This document shows positions 22,017 through 35,100 of a DNA stretch of 64,000 nt, one piece after another. Source of the stretch: Mayamaea pseudoterrestris. Its lineage: Eukaryota. The stretch is from the NCBI GenBank assembly GCA_027923505.1, contig BROI01000003.1:1-64000 (forward strand), given 5' to 3'. The position numbers and the translations under genes are program-made. The notes under the pieces are model-generated. The model had not been told where the DNA came from and did no database searches. It saw only the letters and a program-made list of their open reading frames with translations. Within the stretch, counting starts at the first letter, position 1. Each line of letters begins with the position of its first letter.

Positions 22017-25000
22017 ATGTCAGGCGAAGCGCTGGACGACAGCAAGCCCGCGTCTCTGCGAAATGACGAGGACGAAGACTCTGATGGGGAACTCACTGGC
22101 ATTGACATGGACGGCGACGAGGAAATGGTCGATGCTGCCGCTACTGCTAACGATGATGAAGCCATGGACGTGGAGAATGAAGATGCAGCAATAGCTAGCG
22201 ACGACAATTTTGCCGCTGCCGCCGCTGCCGAGGAGGAACACGACATTCAGGTGGCGCGCAAGGAACAAATGGAACTGGCTGCAGCTGCAGCCAAGACAAC
22301 TACCAAGTCAGCAGCAGCAACTACAACTGCTGCAGCCGATCCAAACGAGCGACTCCAATATTTAATGGCGCAGTCGGAAGTCTTTGCCCACTTTTTGGCT
22401 GGATCAGTCGCTGCCGGAACGAAAAAGGGCACGAACCGCGGCAAAACGGGCCGCATGACGGAAGCCGAGGAGGATGCGCAGTTGCTCAAAACGGCCCAGT
22501 CGACCCGCAAGGTGGTTCGACTCGACAAGCAGCCGTCCATTTTGGCGCAGCATTGCAACATGCATCCGTATCAGTGTGAGTTTACAACATTTGTTTGTGG
22601 TTTGTATCGTTATACGTTGTCTCATTCTTTGGCTTTTCCGGATTTTCTCTGCAGTGGAAGGTTTGAACTGGATGATCAAGCTACACGATCACGGTATCAA
22701 TGGCATTTTGGCCGATGAAATGGTACGACAATCTTGGAATGATTATATTTGGTGTATACCTTCATTTATCACGCTCGACGTCTTGTTTCAACTTCTCTTT
22801 AACCCTTTATACTTCACTGTTACTATTTCGGTAGGGCTTGGGCAAGACGCTTCAAACCATTTCCTTGCTGGCCTACCTTCGCGAGAGCCGCGGTGTGACG
22901 GGTCCACACTTGGTGATTGCGCCAAAGTCGGTTGTATCCAACTGGATTCGCGAAATTAAACATTGGTGTCCGTGCATCAAAGCCATCAAAATGGGTGGTA
23001 CCAAGGACGAGCGCCTTCATTTCATGACGGAGCATGCTCCCGTTGATCCAGTCACGGGGCGTCGCAAGTGGGATGTGCTGGTGACATCCTACGAGGGCGT
23101 GTTGAAGTGCAAGGGGCCGCTCAGCAAGATTCGTTGGAAGTATTTGATTATTGATGAGGTAAGCGCATGTGATTGGTCCGCTTTATCTTTGGAAAGCGAG
23201 AGGATTAGTTTATTCTTTCCCCGTCATACCGATACATGACGAAGAATAGAAAGGCCCCGTCCCTTTGCCAGTGGACTGCTTGTGGTGAACTATGATCGAA
23301 AAGCGTTGACAAGATTCATTTCGATGGAAAAAAAAACATGGCTAATCCATTGTACATATGTTTTCCAGGCTCATCGAATCAAGAACGAGAACTCTTCGCT
23401 TAGTGTCGCGGTTCGGTAAGTTGTGCGGCTGACGAGCGATTGCATAAATGTTGAAGCAATTGTTTAAACTCTCGTACTATTTTGCAGAAAATTTGAAACG
23501 GACTTTCGGCTTCTCATTACCGGCACGCCCTTGCAGGTACGTTGACTTGCTGTTGCTGCTTGGCGTTTACATAGCTGTTCTATGCATGAGCTAATGCGTT
23601 CTGTTCTCCCGGCTATCAGAATGACCTTCATGAGCTTTGGGCCTTGCTCAATTTCATCTTGCCGGATATCTTCGGCGACGCAGCCCAGTTTGATGAGTGG
23701 TTTTCATTGGACGGATCGTCGGGCAAGGAGAATGTTGTCAAGAAGCTCCATACGGTACTTCGACCATTTATGCTTCGTCGTGTCAAGAGTGATGTGACTA
23801 CGTCCTTGCCGCCCAAGAAGGAGACGAAATTATACATTGGGCTGACCGAGAAGCAGAAGGAATGGTATGTGCGATGTCTCCACAAAGACGCACATGAGCT
23901 TAACAAATTAGGTGGCCCCGATCGCAGCCGACTTTTGAACGTTCTGATGCAGTTGCGCAAGGTTTGCAACCATCCCTACTTGTTTGATGGGGCAGAACCA
24001 GGTCCTCCTTACCATGATGGTCCTCACTTGTGGGAGGCATGCGGGAAGATGCAGCTTTTGCATAAGCTGCTTCCAAAATTGAAGCAGCGGGAGTCGCGAG
24101 TTTTGATATTTAGTCAAATGACTCGTGTGTTGGATATTTTGGAAGACTATATGAACCTCGTCGGTCATGAATACTGCCGCATCGATGGGAATACGGACGG
24201 TGAGCGGCGCGACACTCAGATAGACGAGTTTAACAAGGAAGGGTCGTCCAAGTTCTGCTTCTTATTGAGTACGAGTAAGTAATCGATCCGAATACAGCAC
24301 GCAAGTAAACTGGCTGTTGTGGACTAAATGTTGCTCTGTGATATTTTCTCGCACCGCAGGAGCTGGAGGACTTGGTATCAAGTGAGTAATATATGGTCGA
24401 TACAAGTAGTTTTTCGCGTCGCGGCTACAAGCTCACCCGCATTGTGTTTTGGACAGTTTGGCGACTGCTGATATCGTAATTCTCTATGACAGTGACTGGA
24501 ATCCGCAGGTACGTTAGGGTCACCTCATTCGCAGGGTACCCAGTGGATGTTTCTCACTTCTTCTTGCTTAAAAACTTTTAACCAGGTGGATCTACAAGCA
24601 ATGGACAGGGCGCAGTAAGTAAATGTATGCATTCAGTCAGCGCGCTGGTGTCATACAATAATCGCTTACTGATAGCATGTGCCTCATCTTCATGCAGTCG
24701 TCTCGGACAGCGCAAGCCGGTACAAGTCTTTCGCTTGGTCACTGAGGGCACAGTAGAGGAAAAGATCATTGAACGTGCTGATCGTAAGCTATTCTTAGAC
24801 GCTGCTGTTATTCAGCAAGGTCGATTAGCTGAACAAAACCAATCTCTGGATAAAGGGGAGCTGATGAAGGTAATACTTTTTTGGGTCTCCGTTGCAGGAA
24901 CTTTATGCATGTCACCCACGAAACACTCACGCATGTTTCACTCGCACATTTCTACAGATGGTTCGTTTCGGAGCCGATCAAATTCTAAGTGGCACTGGAG

Positions 25001-26310
25001 GCACTTTCACTGATGAAGATATTGACGCATTGATCGCTAGAGGCGAGGAGAAGACTGCTGCGATGCAGGCAAATCTCCGTGAGGATGCGAAACATAGCCT
25101 TGCCAACTTTAGTTTGTTGGCCGACGACGGTCCTGATACGTTTTCCTTCCACGGAAAGAATTATCGCGATGATAGCAAGATCAAGGGCAACTTCATCAAC
25201 CTTCCACAGCGCCAACGCAAGCGCAACTACGATTTGAATGCCATGTCTCGTGAGACTGTTGGAATCAAGGCTAACGCTGTGGAGGCAGCTGTGAAGAAGC
25301 GACGCAGAGGGCCCGCAGTACATGACTTTCAGTTGTTCGACATGGCTAAACTTGAGGCCTTGCGTGAAAAGGAGAAGCGACTGTTGTCGCAAATGGAGAC
25401 GCAGAGAAAGAGAATTATTGATCTGCGTAAGCAAGCCGCTAACGCGCCTGTCTTTGGAAGTGGTGTCGCTGCAGGCCGTAGTCGCGAAGAGTTATTGCAA
25501 CAAGCTGAAATCATGGAATCAGGGTTGGACGAATACAAACTGACGGACGAGGAGGAGGCTGAGCAGACGCGTTTACTTAAAGAAGGCTTTCCTGACTGGT
25601 CGAAGAAGGATTTCAAAGCTTTTTGCACGGCGTTAGAAGTGCACGGACGATACGACTTTGTTAGCATTAGCCGCGACGTTACCTCTGAGACGGGCAAAGA
25701 CAACAATGAAATAGGACGATACTTTGTTGCGTTCTGGCAGTACTACCGTCGTATCAATGAGTGGGAGAAGGTCATTGACCGCATTGAGCGCGGAGAAAAG
25801 AAGATTTTGCGCCTTCGACAGATTCGGGACGCGATTCAAGAAAAGGTGGAGCGCCATTTGGAAGACACATTTGGTCCGCACTATGCCGAAGCTGGCGCTC
25901 CGCAAAAGGTTCCCTCGGTCGCTGAGCTTTTGTACTACTCTTGGCCCAAGATGAAGATCAACTATGGCATGGCAGGCAAACCGAAAGGCTATCAAGAGGA
26001 GGAAGACAGCTTTTTGGTTGCTATGATGTACCGGCATGGTTATGGTGCCGCGGAGCGTATTCGGATGGAAATTCGCCGTGCTTGGCAGTTTCGTTTTGAC
26101 TGGTATTTCAAGTCGCGTTCAGGGCAGGAGATTCAAAAGCGTTGTGATGCCATTGTGAAGATTATTGAACGCGAAAACGAAGAAGTTCGCAAGCGTGAAT
26201 CGGGCGAGCAAGAGAAGGAGGTGACGGAGGTCCAGGGTGCTCCAAAAATTGCGGCTGACTTGGATTATCCTGATACAGAAATGACGGTTACAGCCGTTGC
26301 TGCACTCTAA
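22017..26310 (+). CDS. ISWI: ISWI/SNF2H chromatin-remodelling ATPase; 11 exons
   Basis: [61 protein letters not shown] and HAND-SANT-SLIDE ([10 protein letters not shown]). Introns 22576-22654, 22723-22834, 23159-23368, 23416-23487, 23537-23619, 24275-24359, 24382-24456, 24509-24585, 24615-24697, 24870-24957 are all GT-AG and in phase. Confidence 0.95.
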
Positions 26311-26872
26311 GATGACGAGCAGTTAAGTAAGTTTTTTATACGTAGAAGAAGCTTCGTTATCATGCCGTTATATGCGTCTGCCATTAGCCCAAACGGCTCT
26401 AGTGAACTTGCAGTTTATGTATGGCTTAGGCGCGTAGCCGCAGTGCTTTGCGACTAAGAAATATATTTGCCTTCGTAACGTATCAAAGGCTTCTCAGACG
26501 ATAAAGTACGCTGTATTCAACTAAATAGATGTACAATAATGCTCAACTAGCTTTTTATTCGCATGTCGCATGCAACATGAATGAACCATGGATTTAGACA
26601 ATCGCCGAAACGATACCTAATAGTCATTTTGCTTTACCTTTTTGTTTATACGAAAATTGCCAGACTGCCCGACCATTTTCAAAAATACATTCCTTCCAAT
26701 TGCATTCGAAGCTTCATTTGAGTTAGCTTCTCCTGCTGCACCGTCAGTTTGGAAATTTGCTCCTCCGTTTCAGCCGTTTCGACGCGGCAAACAAGGTCTT
26801 TGCGCTGCTCGAGCAGCTCCATCTGCTGCATCAGCATGAAGCGGTTCAACGCTTCTTCGGAGCATGCGCGCC

Positions 26873-27367
26873 ATGGAGGAATGCGGACAATGCTCTGCAG
26901 CATGCGTGGACATGACTGCCGCACTGCTATCCAGTACAAGTTACCAATCTGTGGAGTCTTGGTCAACCGTCCGCAAGGAGCACTTCGTTTTTCTACATTT
27001 GCTCGCCATGTACAAGAGTGGAGGATGCTCGGCCATGTGCGTCTACGCGAATGCGAAGCTGCTACTCACTGGAGCAAATCGTCCCGCGCAGCTGCTGGGA
27101 GCTGATAATGACGCCCAAGCTCAAAACGACCATGACGACGACGACGACGAAGCGGTTAGTCCAGCTTGCATGCTCATGGAACACGCAATCATTGAGCGCT
27201 TACTCACACTAATGGTGACTGGAGAGCGCAGTATGGATTTTGTTCTATTCGCGGCGAAATTGCTGTTTGATGACGAGGCGGGTCTTATTCACAACATTCT
27301 CATTCATCCGGGAACTACGCCCGATAACTTCATCAAGTCGCTCGATCCGGGATACTTTCATGAATGA
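26873..27367 (+). CDS. Hypothetical protein or gene remnant
   Basis: ~165-aa ORF with an acidic tract and helical character, followed by broken frames. No recognised motif. Confidence 0.3.
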   Translation: MEECGQCSAACVDMTAALLSSTSYQSVESWSTVRKEHFVFLHLLAMYKSGGCSAMCVYANAKLLLTGANRPAQLLGADNDAQAQNDHDDDDDEAVSPACMLMEHAIIERLLTLMVTGERSMDFVLFAAKLLFDDEAGLIHNILIHPGTTPDNFIKSLDPGYFHE

Positions 27368-28413
27368 AACTATTCTGTCAAATGGCCGAGTTGTAATGAC
27401 AAATAGTAAAAGTTTCGAAAGACTGGCAGGATACGTTCAATTCGATGATTTGTGCTACATCGGGAGTCATGGTTCTTTAACGACGCCTTTGCGGTGCCGC
27501 GACCTTTCGTCAGATCTAATACAGACTCTTTTTTTAATTATAAAAATTTTCTAATCATATAGAACCTGTATGATGTGGCAGAGAAAGAATGACAGAGACA
27601 AAGCGTATCCCATATTGTCGGCACTGATTGTGCCTTTGTGCCCACTCCAGATTTACAGTCAAGGCGCGAACTGCTGGTCACGCCGGTCAAACACTTGTTG
27701 TCAAAGAATGGTGTTTGATTACCGTCCGTATGCTTCGTCAACTCTTCCACATTCACGACAATGACTCGCCTTGATCCGTCTCGTCCGGAAGCGCTCCATA
27801 AAAACTTTCTTCGCTAACTGCAAAACGTGACTATCCATATGTGGCTGACGCTCCGTGACGGCTGAATGCTATTTATTGTCTGCACGTCCGACCTCTCGCT
27901 CATGCTCATGTTAACTGGCACATTCATCAAGCCCTATAACGCTGCCTTCTCGTATATACGACTCCGATTCTCTCATCAACCGCCTCGCTCAGTCGAGCCT
28001 TCTTCTCGTGGAGTCAATATCGACATCGTCCTTAAGATGGGCGTCTCGTGACAGACATGGGCGAAGATGAATGCAGGAACGCCAAATAGCTTCTCCAACC
28101 AGCTCGGGACGTTGCATGTTGTGGAGAGCAAGGTCGTGTGGAGTTGCGGCACTATCATTGCGGAACGAAGTCGGCTCGAGAATGGAACGTTGATGGAATC
28201 GTTTTCATTGGCTGGAGGACGTTTTCCGACTAGCAATCGAGCTACGCTACGACTTGTTTTAGTCGTGAAATGTGGTGACGCGCGCCCAGCGCGTTCCGCG
28301 GAACACCTCCGCCGAACGCGCCGAACAACGCACCTCTCGCGCTATGTCACAACATGGCCCGAGACGCTCTCACAATCAACAACTCCCGCGCAACAAACAA
28401 AATTCAGTCAAGC

Positions 28414-29300
28414 ATGAACCCTGGCAATACGAAGAAATCAAACAAGCGCCGACCCTGTCGTCGTCGTCGACCACGTGCAGGTGTAGCGCCGCCTCTGCCT
28501 CCGCCTCCACGCGATCACGGCGATTTCACCAAGCTCACCGTTGGAACCGATCCGTACAAGGAGCCAATCAACATAATCATGCGAGCCATTGACGCGGCCA
28601 ATTGGGAAGGGCCCGATGCGTCTCGCAAGTGCTGTGGCTCTTTCTGTCGAGCCTTGGATGAAATCAAGGAGAAGCATCGCGACCGCTACAATGTCATGCT
28701 TCAACTAAAGGTGGTTAGAGATTATATCAACATCTTGACTACTGCGCCGAGACGCATCAATGATGACCCTAAAAGGTTGACGAGAGAGCTCAATTCCTTG
28801 GGTTGTGTAAATTTGCTGATGAGTTTGGACTTTCAGCTTTATTTCAGCTTGCAAACATGGCGTGCGCTCATGACGTCTGTTCGTACTTTCTCCATCGCGC
28901 GCCATGGTCCACTTGCCTTGACAAATTGACGGAATTTAGAACATCTTGGCCTCGAATTAATAATGTCCAGATGCGGCTTGCAATGAAGCACGTTTGCACT
29001 CGGAGTTCTTTGTGTGTCTTTGCACCCTCGGATACTGTTCATGGAAATGTCACGCGCGCCTGGAAGAACCACAAATCAGCATGCAAACTCTGGCAAAGAA
29101 AGTTTGTGGCTGCAGCACACTATGCCAAGATGGGTGCAACAATTACTGCGAATGCAAAGGAAAGCGACAGGAAGAAAATGAATGAGCTAAAGCAGTTGCG
29201 AAAGGGCGTATTCCTTCACAAGTTCTTCAACTGCGCGCTCCCGTACTCATACTGTATTTGCATTTCTTCACGCATATTAACAAATTGGTACAGTTGTTAG
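28414..29300 (+). pseudogene. Orphan gene, probably frameshifted
   Basis: MNPGNTKKSNKRR... ORF stops at 28929 and an overlapping frame (28803-29300) continues; no convincing intron found between them. Confidence 0.35.
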
Positions 29301-29637
29301 ATGTCGAGCATGCGCATATTTCTTATAGAGCCAATGATTTGTTTCGTAAGTGTCATGGCTCCTGTGTCATCCAACATTGTCCCGCGGCGCTACTTGAACT
29401 ATTTCGCATACGTACAGGTACCAGCAAACATAATAACAGCACTTCACTTCGTTCCGTCTCGCCAACCTGGTTCTTCGTCGTCAAATTAACTTAACGTTCC
29501 GCTTGCTTCTGTAGATATTTTTCACTCGGATATATCTTCGCTCATCCTCCAGTACAAATCTCGTGGATCATGACATTGCACGGCAAAAGGTGCATCCATG
29601 ATGTCCAAATGAGGTTGCGCCAATTTGTAACTGCGAC

Positions 29638-29645
29638 TACCGGTA
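29638..29645. promoter_or_regulatory. TACCGGTA palindrome upstream of TYW1
   Basis: ~170 nt from the ATG. Confidence 0.55.
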
Positions 29646-29810
29646 TTTTGATTTAAAACTACTGGTAGAAGTGTCTGATTTGGAAAATATCGTGAAAACA
29701 AAGTTCAATGTAGCTGGTCTGTAGCGCGACTGAAAACATCTCATTCATACTTGCTTGCCCCTGTCACGCTGTCCACCCATCATCGTGTCTCTCACAACAA
29801 AGATTTCACC

Positions 29811-32120
29811 ATGGCCAGCGGCAAGCCTCCGTTCGTTTCCGTGGCAGCAGCTGCAACCTTGGTGGTTGCCACCTTTGCATATTTGCAGTGGAGTAAACGG
29901 CGTCATGATGACGAAACAATTGTCGAAACAACAGACGCTGCCGCTCCCTTTGCGGAAATTCAGCTTGGCGGCGGCAACCAACGACGATTGCTGGCGCCAA
30001 ACAACGTGACCATTGTCCATGGCAGCATGACCGGAACGACGCGAGCCTTCGCCGAGCAGCTGCTCAACACTCTAGTAGATGGCGGTGTCGGAGACGTTCG
30101 CAATGTCAAGCTAATTGACGCATCGGACGAGTCGGTGGATTGGTGGGACGAGCTGCTCAATGCAGAAAACGCGGATGCTTCTGCTGCTGCACAGTCGCCA
30201 TGGTTAATTCTGTTGCTTCCAACATATACGAGTGGATCATGGCCTCCATCCGCCGCGTCGCTCGAAACGGCCCTGCAGGAACTGGTGTCCGACTGGCGCA
30301 TCGCCAAGCACCCGTTGCGCGCGCATGCGCTTCAGATTGCCGTCTTTGGCATGGGCTCGAGCGCCTACACGGACGCGGAAATGGGCAAGCCGGCCAAGCA
30401 GGCGGTGCGGTGGCTGACCAAGCTGGGTGCCAAGTGTCCGGTGCGACTAACAATTGGAGATGACTCGGTTGGCAATCATGCAATGGAGTCGTTCGAGGAA
30501 TGGAGTCAGCAAGTGTTGGAGCACTTGCAAAAGGGAGCAAGTCAGAGTGGAGAGGCGCAGCAAAGTAAAAATGTCACATTTGCGGACGCTACAAATGACA
30601 ATGATTATAGTGACGAGGAAGATGCAGACTATGAAAGTGACGATGAAGATCGCGAGCCCGAGATTGTTGATGTCGAAGACATGGGTGACGCAGTCGTGGC
30701 GACTACCAACAAGGATGGTAATCCTGCATCAGAACTTCCTGAAATGGTCACTCCGTCACAAGCAAAGGCGCTCAAGAAGGAGGGTTACCAGCTCATTGGT
30801 ACGCATTCGGCTGTGAAACTTTGCCGGTGGACCAAGCATCAGTTGCGTGGACGTGGTGGCTGCTACAAGCACACGTTTTACGGCATTACATCCTACCAAT
30901 GCATGGAGGCGACACCTAGCTTGGCATGCGCTAACAAGTGCGTCTTTTGCTGGAGACATCACAAGAATCCAGTCGGAAAGGAATGGAAATGGAAGACGGA
31001 CGACCCAAAGTTTATTGTGCAGGAAGCAATCGACAAGCATGTTCAACTGATTCGACAAGCCAAGGGCATTCCAGGCGTACGCATGGATCGCTGGAGAGAC
31101 GCTCTGCGGCCCAAACATTGTGCACTTAGTTTGGTCGGTGAGCCGATTATGTACCCGCATATTAACGAATTGCTTGGCGAATTGCATGCCCGAGACATAA
31201 GTACCTTTTTGGTAACGAATGGGCAGCACCCTTACGCTATCGAAACTCTTCGACCAGTCACGCAGTTATATGTGAGTGTAGACGCTCCGACGCAACAAAG
31301 CTTGATTGAAATTGATCGACCGCTCTTTAGCGATGCGTGGGATCGCTTGAAGCAATCATTGTCGAGTTTAAAGTCCAAGGGCCAGCGCACTGTCGCTCGA
31401 TTGACCGTTGTCAAGGGTTGGAACTCGGATGATATATCAGGGTATGCACAACTCATTGCGCTCGGCAAGGTTAGCCTAGTTGAGGTCAAGGGAGTGACTT
31501 TTTGCGGAAAAAGCGATGCTAGCAATCTGAACATGACAAATACTCCCTGGCACCATGAAGTTGTAGAATTGACGCGGACTTTGCGAGATGAGCTGGCAAA
31601 ATTGAAAGACGCTGGAGTTGACGTCCCAGAGTATGGACTCGCATGTGAGCACAAGCACTCTTGTAGCGTCTTGTTGGCTCGTGTCGATCAATTCAAGAAA
31701 ATTGACCCAGAAACGGGAATTAGCAAGTGGTGCACGTGGATTGATTACGAAAAGTTCCAGCAACTAGCAGGTCGTCATGCGTCTGATCCCTCCTTTATAT
31801 TTGATGTTGAGGACTATATAGCTGAAACTCCTGCGTGGGCTGTATTTGGGGCCGAAGAGGAAGGATTTGATCCGACTGAAACAAGGCACCGGAAGGCAAA
31901 CAAGCATCCCATGTACACAAAGTATGATGACCAAGGCATACCGACACATGATTCAAACAACATTGAACTTGGTCCTGAGACGCGCAGACGACTGGAGGAC
32001 GCTATGATTGAGAGAATAAAAGTCATCGGATCGGGCACCACTGTCACAGAGTTGCGCGGCGGTGAAAAGGAGGTAATGGATGTCAGTCTTATGTATCGAG
32101 GCCTAGTGGTTACAAAATAA
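29811..32120 (+). CDS. TYW1: tRNA wybutosine-synthesising protein 1 (flavodoxin plus radical SAM)
   Basis: N-terminal TM anchor, flavodoxin (GSMTGT, AVFGMGSSAY), GTHSAVKLCRWTK, CANKCVFC (CxxxCxxC), HCALSLVGEP, KGVTFCG, TWIDYEKF. Confidence 0.96.
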   Translation: MASGKPPFVSVAAAATLVVATFAYLQWSKRRHDDETIVETTDAAAPFAEIQLGGGNQRRLLAPNNVTIVHGSMTGTTRAFAEQLLNTLVDGGVGDVRNVKLIDASDESVDWWDELLNAENADASAAAQSPWLILLLPTYTSGSWPPSAASLETALQELVSDWRIAKHPLRAHALQIAVFGMGSSAYTDAEMGKPAKQAVRWLTKLGAKCPVRLTIGDDSVGNHAMESFEEWSQQVLEHLQKGASQSGEAQQSKNVTFADATNDNDYSDEEDADYESDDEDREPEIVDVEDMGDAVVATTNKDGNPASELPEMVTPSQAKALKKEGYQLIGTHSAVKLCRWTKHQLRGRGGCYKHTFYGITSYQCMEATPSLACANKCVFCWRHHKNPVGKEWKWKTDDPKFIVQEAIDKHVQLIRQAKGIPGVRMDRWRDALRPKHCALSLVGEPIMYPHINELLGELHARDISTFLVTNGQHPYAIETLRPVTQLYVSVDAPTQQSLIEIDRPLFSDAWDRLKQSLSSLKSKGQRTVARLTVVKGWNSDDISGYAQLIALGKVSLVEVKGVTFCGKSDASNLNMTNTPWHHEVVELTRTLRDELAKLKDAGVDVPEYGLACEHKHSCSVLLARVDQFKKIDPETGISKWCTWIDYEKFQQLAGRHASDPSFIFDVEDYIAETPAWAVFGAEEEGFDPTETRHRKANKHPMYTKYDDQGIPTHDSNNIELGPETRRRLEDAMIERIKVIGSGTTVTELRGGEKEVMDVSLMYRGLVVTK

Positions 32121-32147
32121 GCGTCCACATGTTATCATATCTAGCAT

Positions 32148-35100
32148 TTAATACCAATTATCTCGTATAACTCGATCCGAAGTTGATCGTATCTGAGCCA
32201 CTTCGCGTGGAATCCCATGCTGTCGCCACATTTTCTCGAGTGCTTGGAGGCGAGTCGCATTCAAAAATAAAGGACGTCCACGACGGAGCCCCGGATCCTC
32301 TTCCCCGTGTTCGTCGACATAAATGCTGGGACAATATGCAGACTTGTTGTTATGAATTAAAAGCACAGTACATTTTTGTACCAGGAAAAACAGCCCGATA
32401 CCCGAGCCGTGTTTTCGCGCGTGTAAGGTACAAGCCCCAGGAGTTCGATGACTTCTCACTCCTTGACGTCTAGATGCACCAGAGCGCATGACCGAACCCG
32501 TCAAGAGGCACATGGCAGTCTCCGAATTACTCACTTCGTCATGGATGTCGATTGGCGCATCGTCCCGTCCTTTGACTTTGCTCACCATGTTATAGAGCTC
32601 GACAAAGGAAGTAGGAAGTCGAATGAAGCTGAACGTGGGAGTAAATCTCCGATGGATAAGCCCCAAGTGACTAAGATCAGCCATTACAGCATTGGCTGAC
32701 TCACACTCAAGCAAGGTGCCTTGTCGTCCAGGACCAATGCCTTCGATTGCATATGTAGATGGTTGGTAGGGAAGGATTGGTGCCCTTGAAACATGAGCAA
32801 ATTCGCGGTCAGTATCAACTTCGCCTTCCGAGCCTGAACTACTAAAATCCTCTGAGCCAACTGAATCGAGGCTAGAGACATTGTTGGAGCTTGCTTGGAA
32901 AATGGGACCTCCTACCATCTGACCTCCCAAGTCAACGACCTCTTCTGGTCCGTCCACTTCGCTGAGCTCTTCATCTGACTCGTCCACGTCATCGTCCATG
33001 AGCATGTGGTGACGGTTAAGGTATGCACTGCCAGTAGATTCATTCATCCTGTCAGTATCTTCGTCAACCTCCATTTCGATTTGCGATGTTGATCCTTCCA
33101 TGTCATCCTCACTTGAATCGTACTTGCGGGTATGCTGCAACCTTGATGTGTGTTTCATAGTATTTCCGACTAAGAGGCAGCTTTTTCCCATAGATCCGTG
33201 ATGTAGCTCGAACCCAACAGCCGACATCAGCCAGTCGTCAATTAATGACTTCCAAGGACCTTGGCTATTTATTAGTGCCGATGGATAGGGGCCTCCCAAT
33301 ATTTTAAGGAGGTAAAACCCATCTTCCTGCGACATAAATTCATTATCAAGGATACACGACAAGAGGCGATCGTCGTCAGGAGACACAACAGTGGACCTTT
33401 TCGCATCTTTCAACCCGCGCTGTCGGATTACGGCAGAAGTAGCTCTCAGCATCAGGACGAGCGATCGGGCAAACGGCAAGATTGCGTCGCCGACGGTGCT
33501 TAACAGTTGTGTGGGCGATGCTTCAATACTTCCGTCTATTAACATTTCATCCAAAGGTTGCAAAGACTTTTTTGTAATCATCGAGCGGCAGTAAGTCACC
33601 AAAGTTGTTAATGCAGTACCTTCAGACATTTGTTCCGTTACGCTCCAGCATGATTCCTCGTCGTCTTCAGCTTCCAGGCTCAGACAAATGTCGAATGGCG
33701 TTGATATAGCCTGAATCAACCTTGCCAGCAGTAGAATCTGTGCAATATTGCAGAGATCTCCGCTAGATGGAAGATCATATAAATTGTTTGCTAAAACTGA
33801 CGAGAAGATTGCACCGGCTAGACTGTGAAGATCCCAGATGAGCAACGGCTTGTAGAGAAAGGCAGCGGCAATTCCTGGCCGAAAAGGTGCAGCAAAATCG
33901 TCCCTCACCTGGCTGACGTACGGATTCGTCGAGCCCCAATCTCGCTGCACGTGAGGCAAACCCAACATTAACAACTGATTTACTGCTAACGGAGTCGGTG
34001 GTTCGTCTTTTCTGTTGCTCTCTGTTCCAATGCCTTTGACTGTCCACATTTCGGATGCGGTGGCCCGTGCTTCGCACCGTTGGAGCAGTGCGCCATCTCG
34101 AGCGACGTGGCATGGCATCGATGCCACTTGCGCAGTCAATTCGCTCCATAAAGCGGATGTTGCATTTCCGCCAGAACTACAATTTTCAACTCCATTGCTG
34201 GAAAACCAAGAGCGGCCGTCAATAATGTCAGCCAGCAATGCACCAATAACCCAAACCCTGTCATCGCTATGAGTTGCATGTACAAAAGTCTCCTTCATTT
34301 CTAAGCAAAGCACATCAAGATGACGAGAAGCGGCCGTCAAAGTTCGCATGGCTTCCAGTAGCATCGGATGCGAGTCTTTTGACTCGGCATTAAACCCCGG
34401 CCATGGCTCATTCGTTAGAGACACAACACCGAACGGAAGCTTTTCTTCAACACTTCGCGTCGCAGATTCGGCGGCACTTGCTCCATAGCCAAAAGCAGAC
34501 CATGCGATGAGCTGTTGTCGTAGAAGTCGGAGTATACCTCCAATATTGCACTCGTTCGTCTCCTCGTCCGCTTCGTGGTCTTCCAAGGTCTCTTCTTCAT
34601 AATCCCACTTGCGAATTGCTTTGTTCCAGTGCTGCTGTTGCTTGTTTCGTTTATTTCTACCGTTGTCACTTACAGCGCTCATAGCATTGTAAAGGTGAAT
34701 TCCGAACTTGCTAAGTGCATCTCGCGTCAACCCTTGAAAGTTATCCGACGTGAGCTCAGACATACGCTTCCCCGTCAAAAGAGCTCGAATTGGTCGAGCC
34801 TGTGGCAACGATGAACATTCGATGTCGGGTTTGGACACTGTAACATCACCAACCGCGTCGAAATTATCACGGGGTATCAGTACATTCGAGAGCTGTTTAC
34901 AAAGAGGACATAAGAACTCTCCCTCCCTAATATTCGCAGCAAAGCGACCGTCATATGGTTGGTCCGCGGCTGAGCGTTGATGCAACGACAACATGTGCGT
35001 TTCGACACAAGTAAGGTGAGCGGCATGGCCACATTGTTTCACGATAGGTCTTGTGCTCCCCCATGTTGTATTCATATAGCAAATTGACGCAAGAGGGCTT

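Noticed and set aside
26679..26966. Minus-strand 95-aa ORF with a Gln/Glu-rich coiled-coil look
   Set aside because: Short, overlaps a competing plus-strand ORF and has no motif; cannot decide which, if either, is real.
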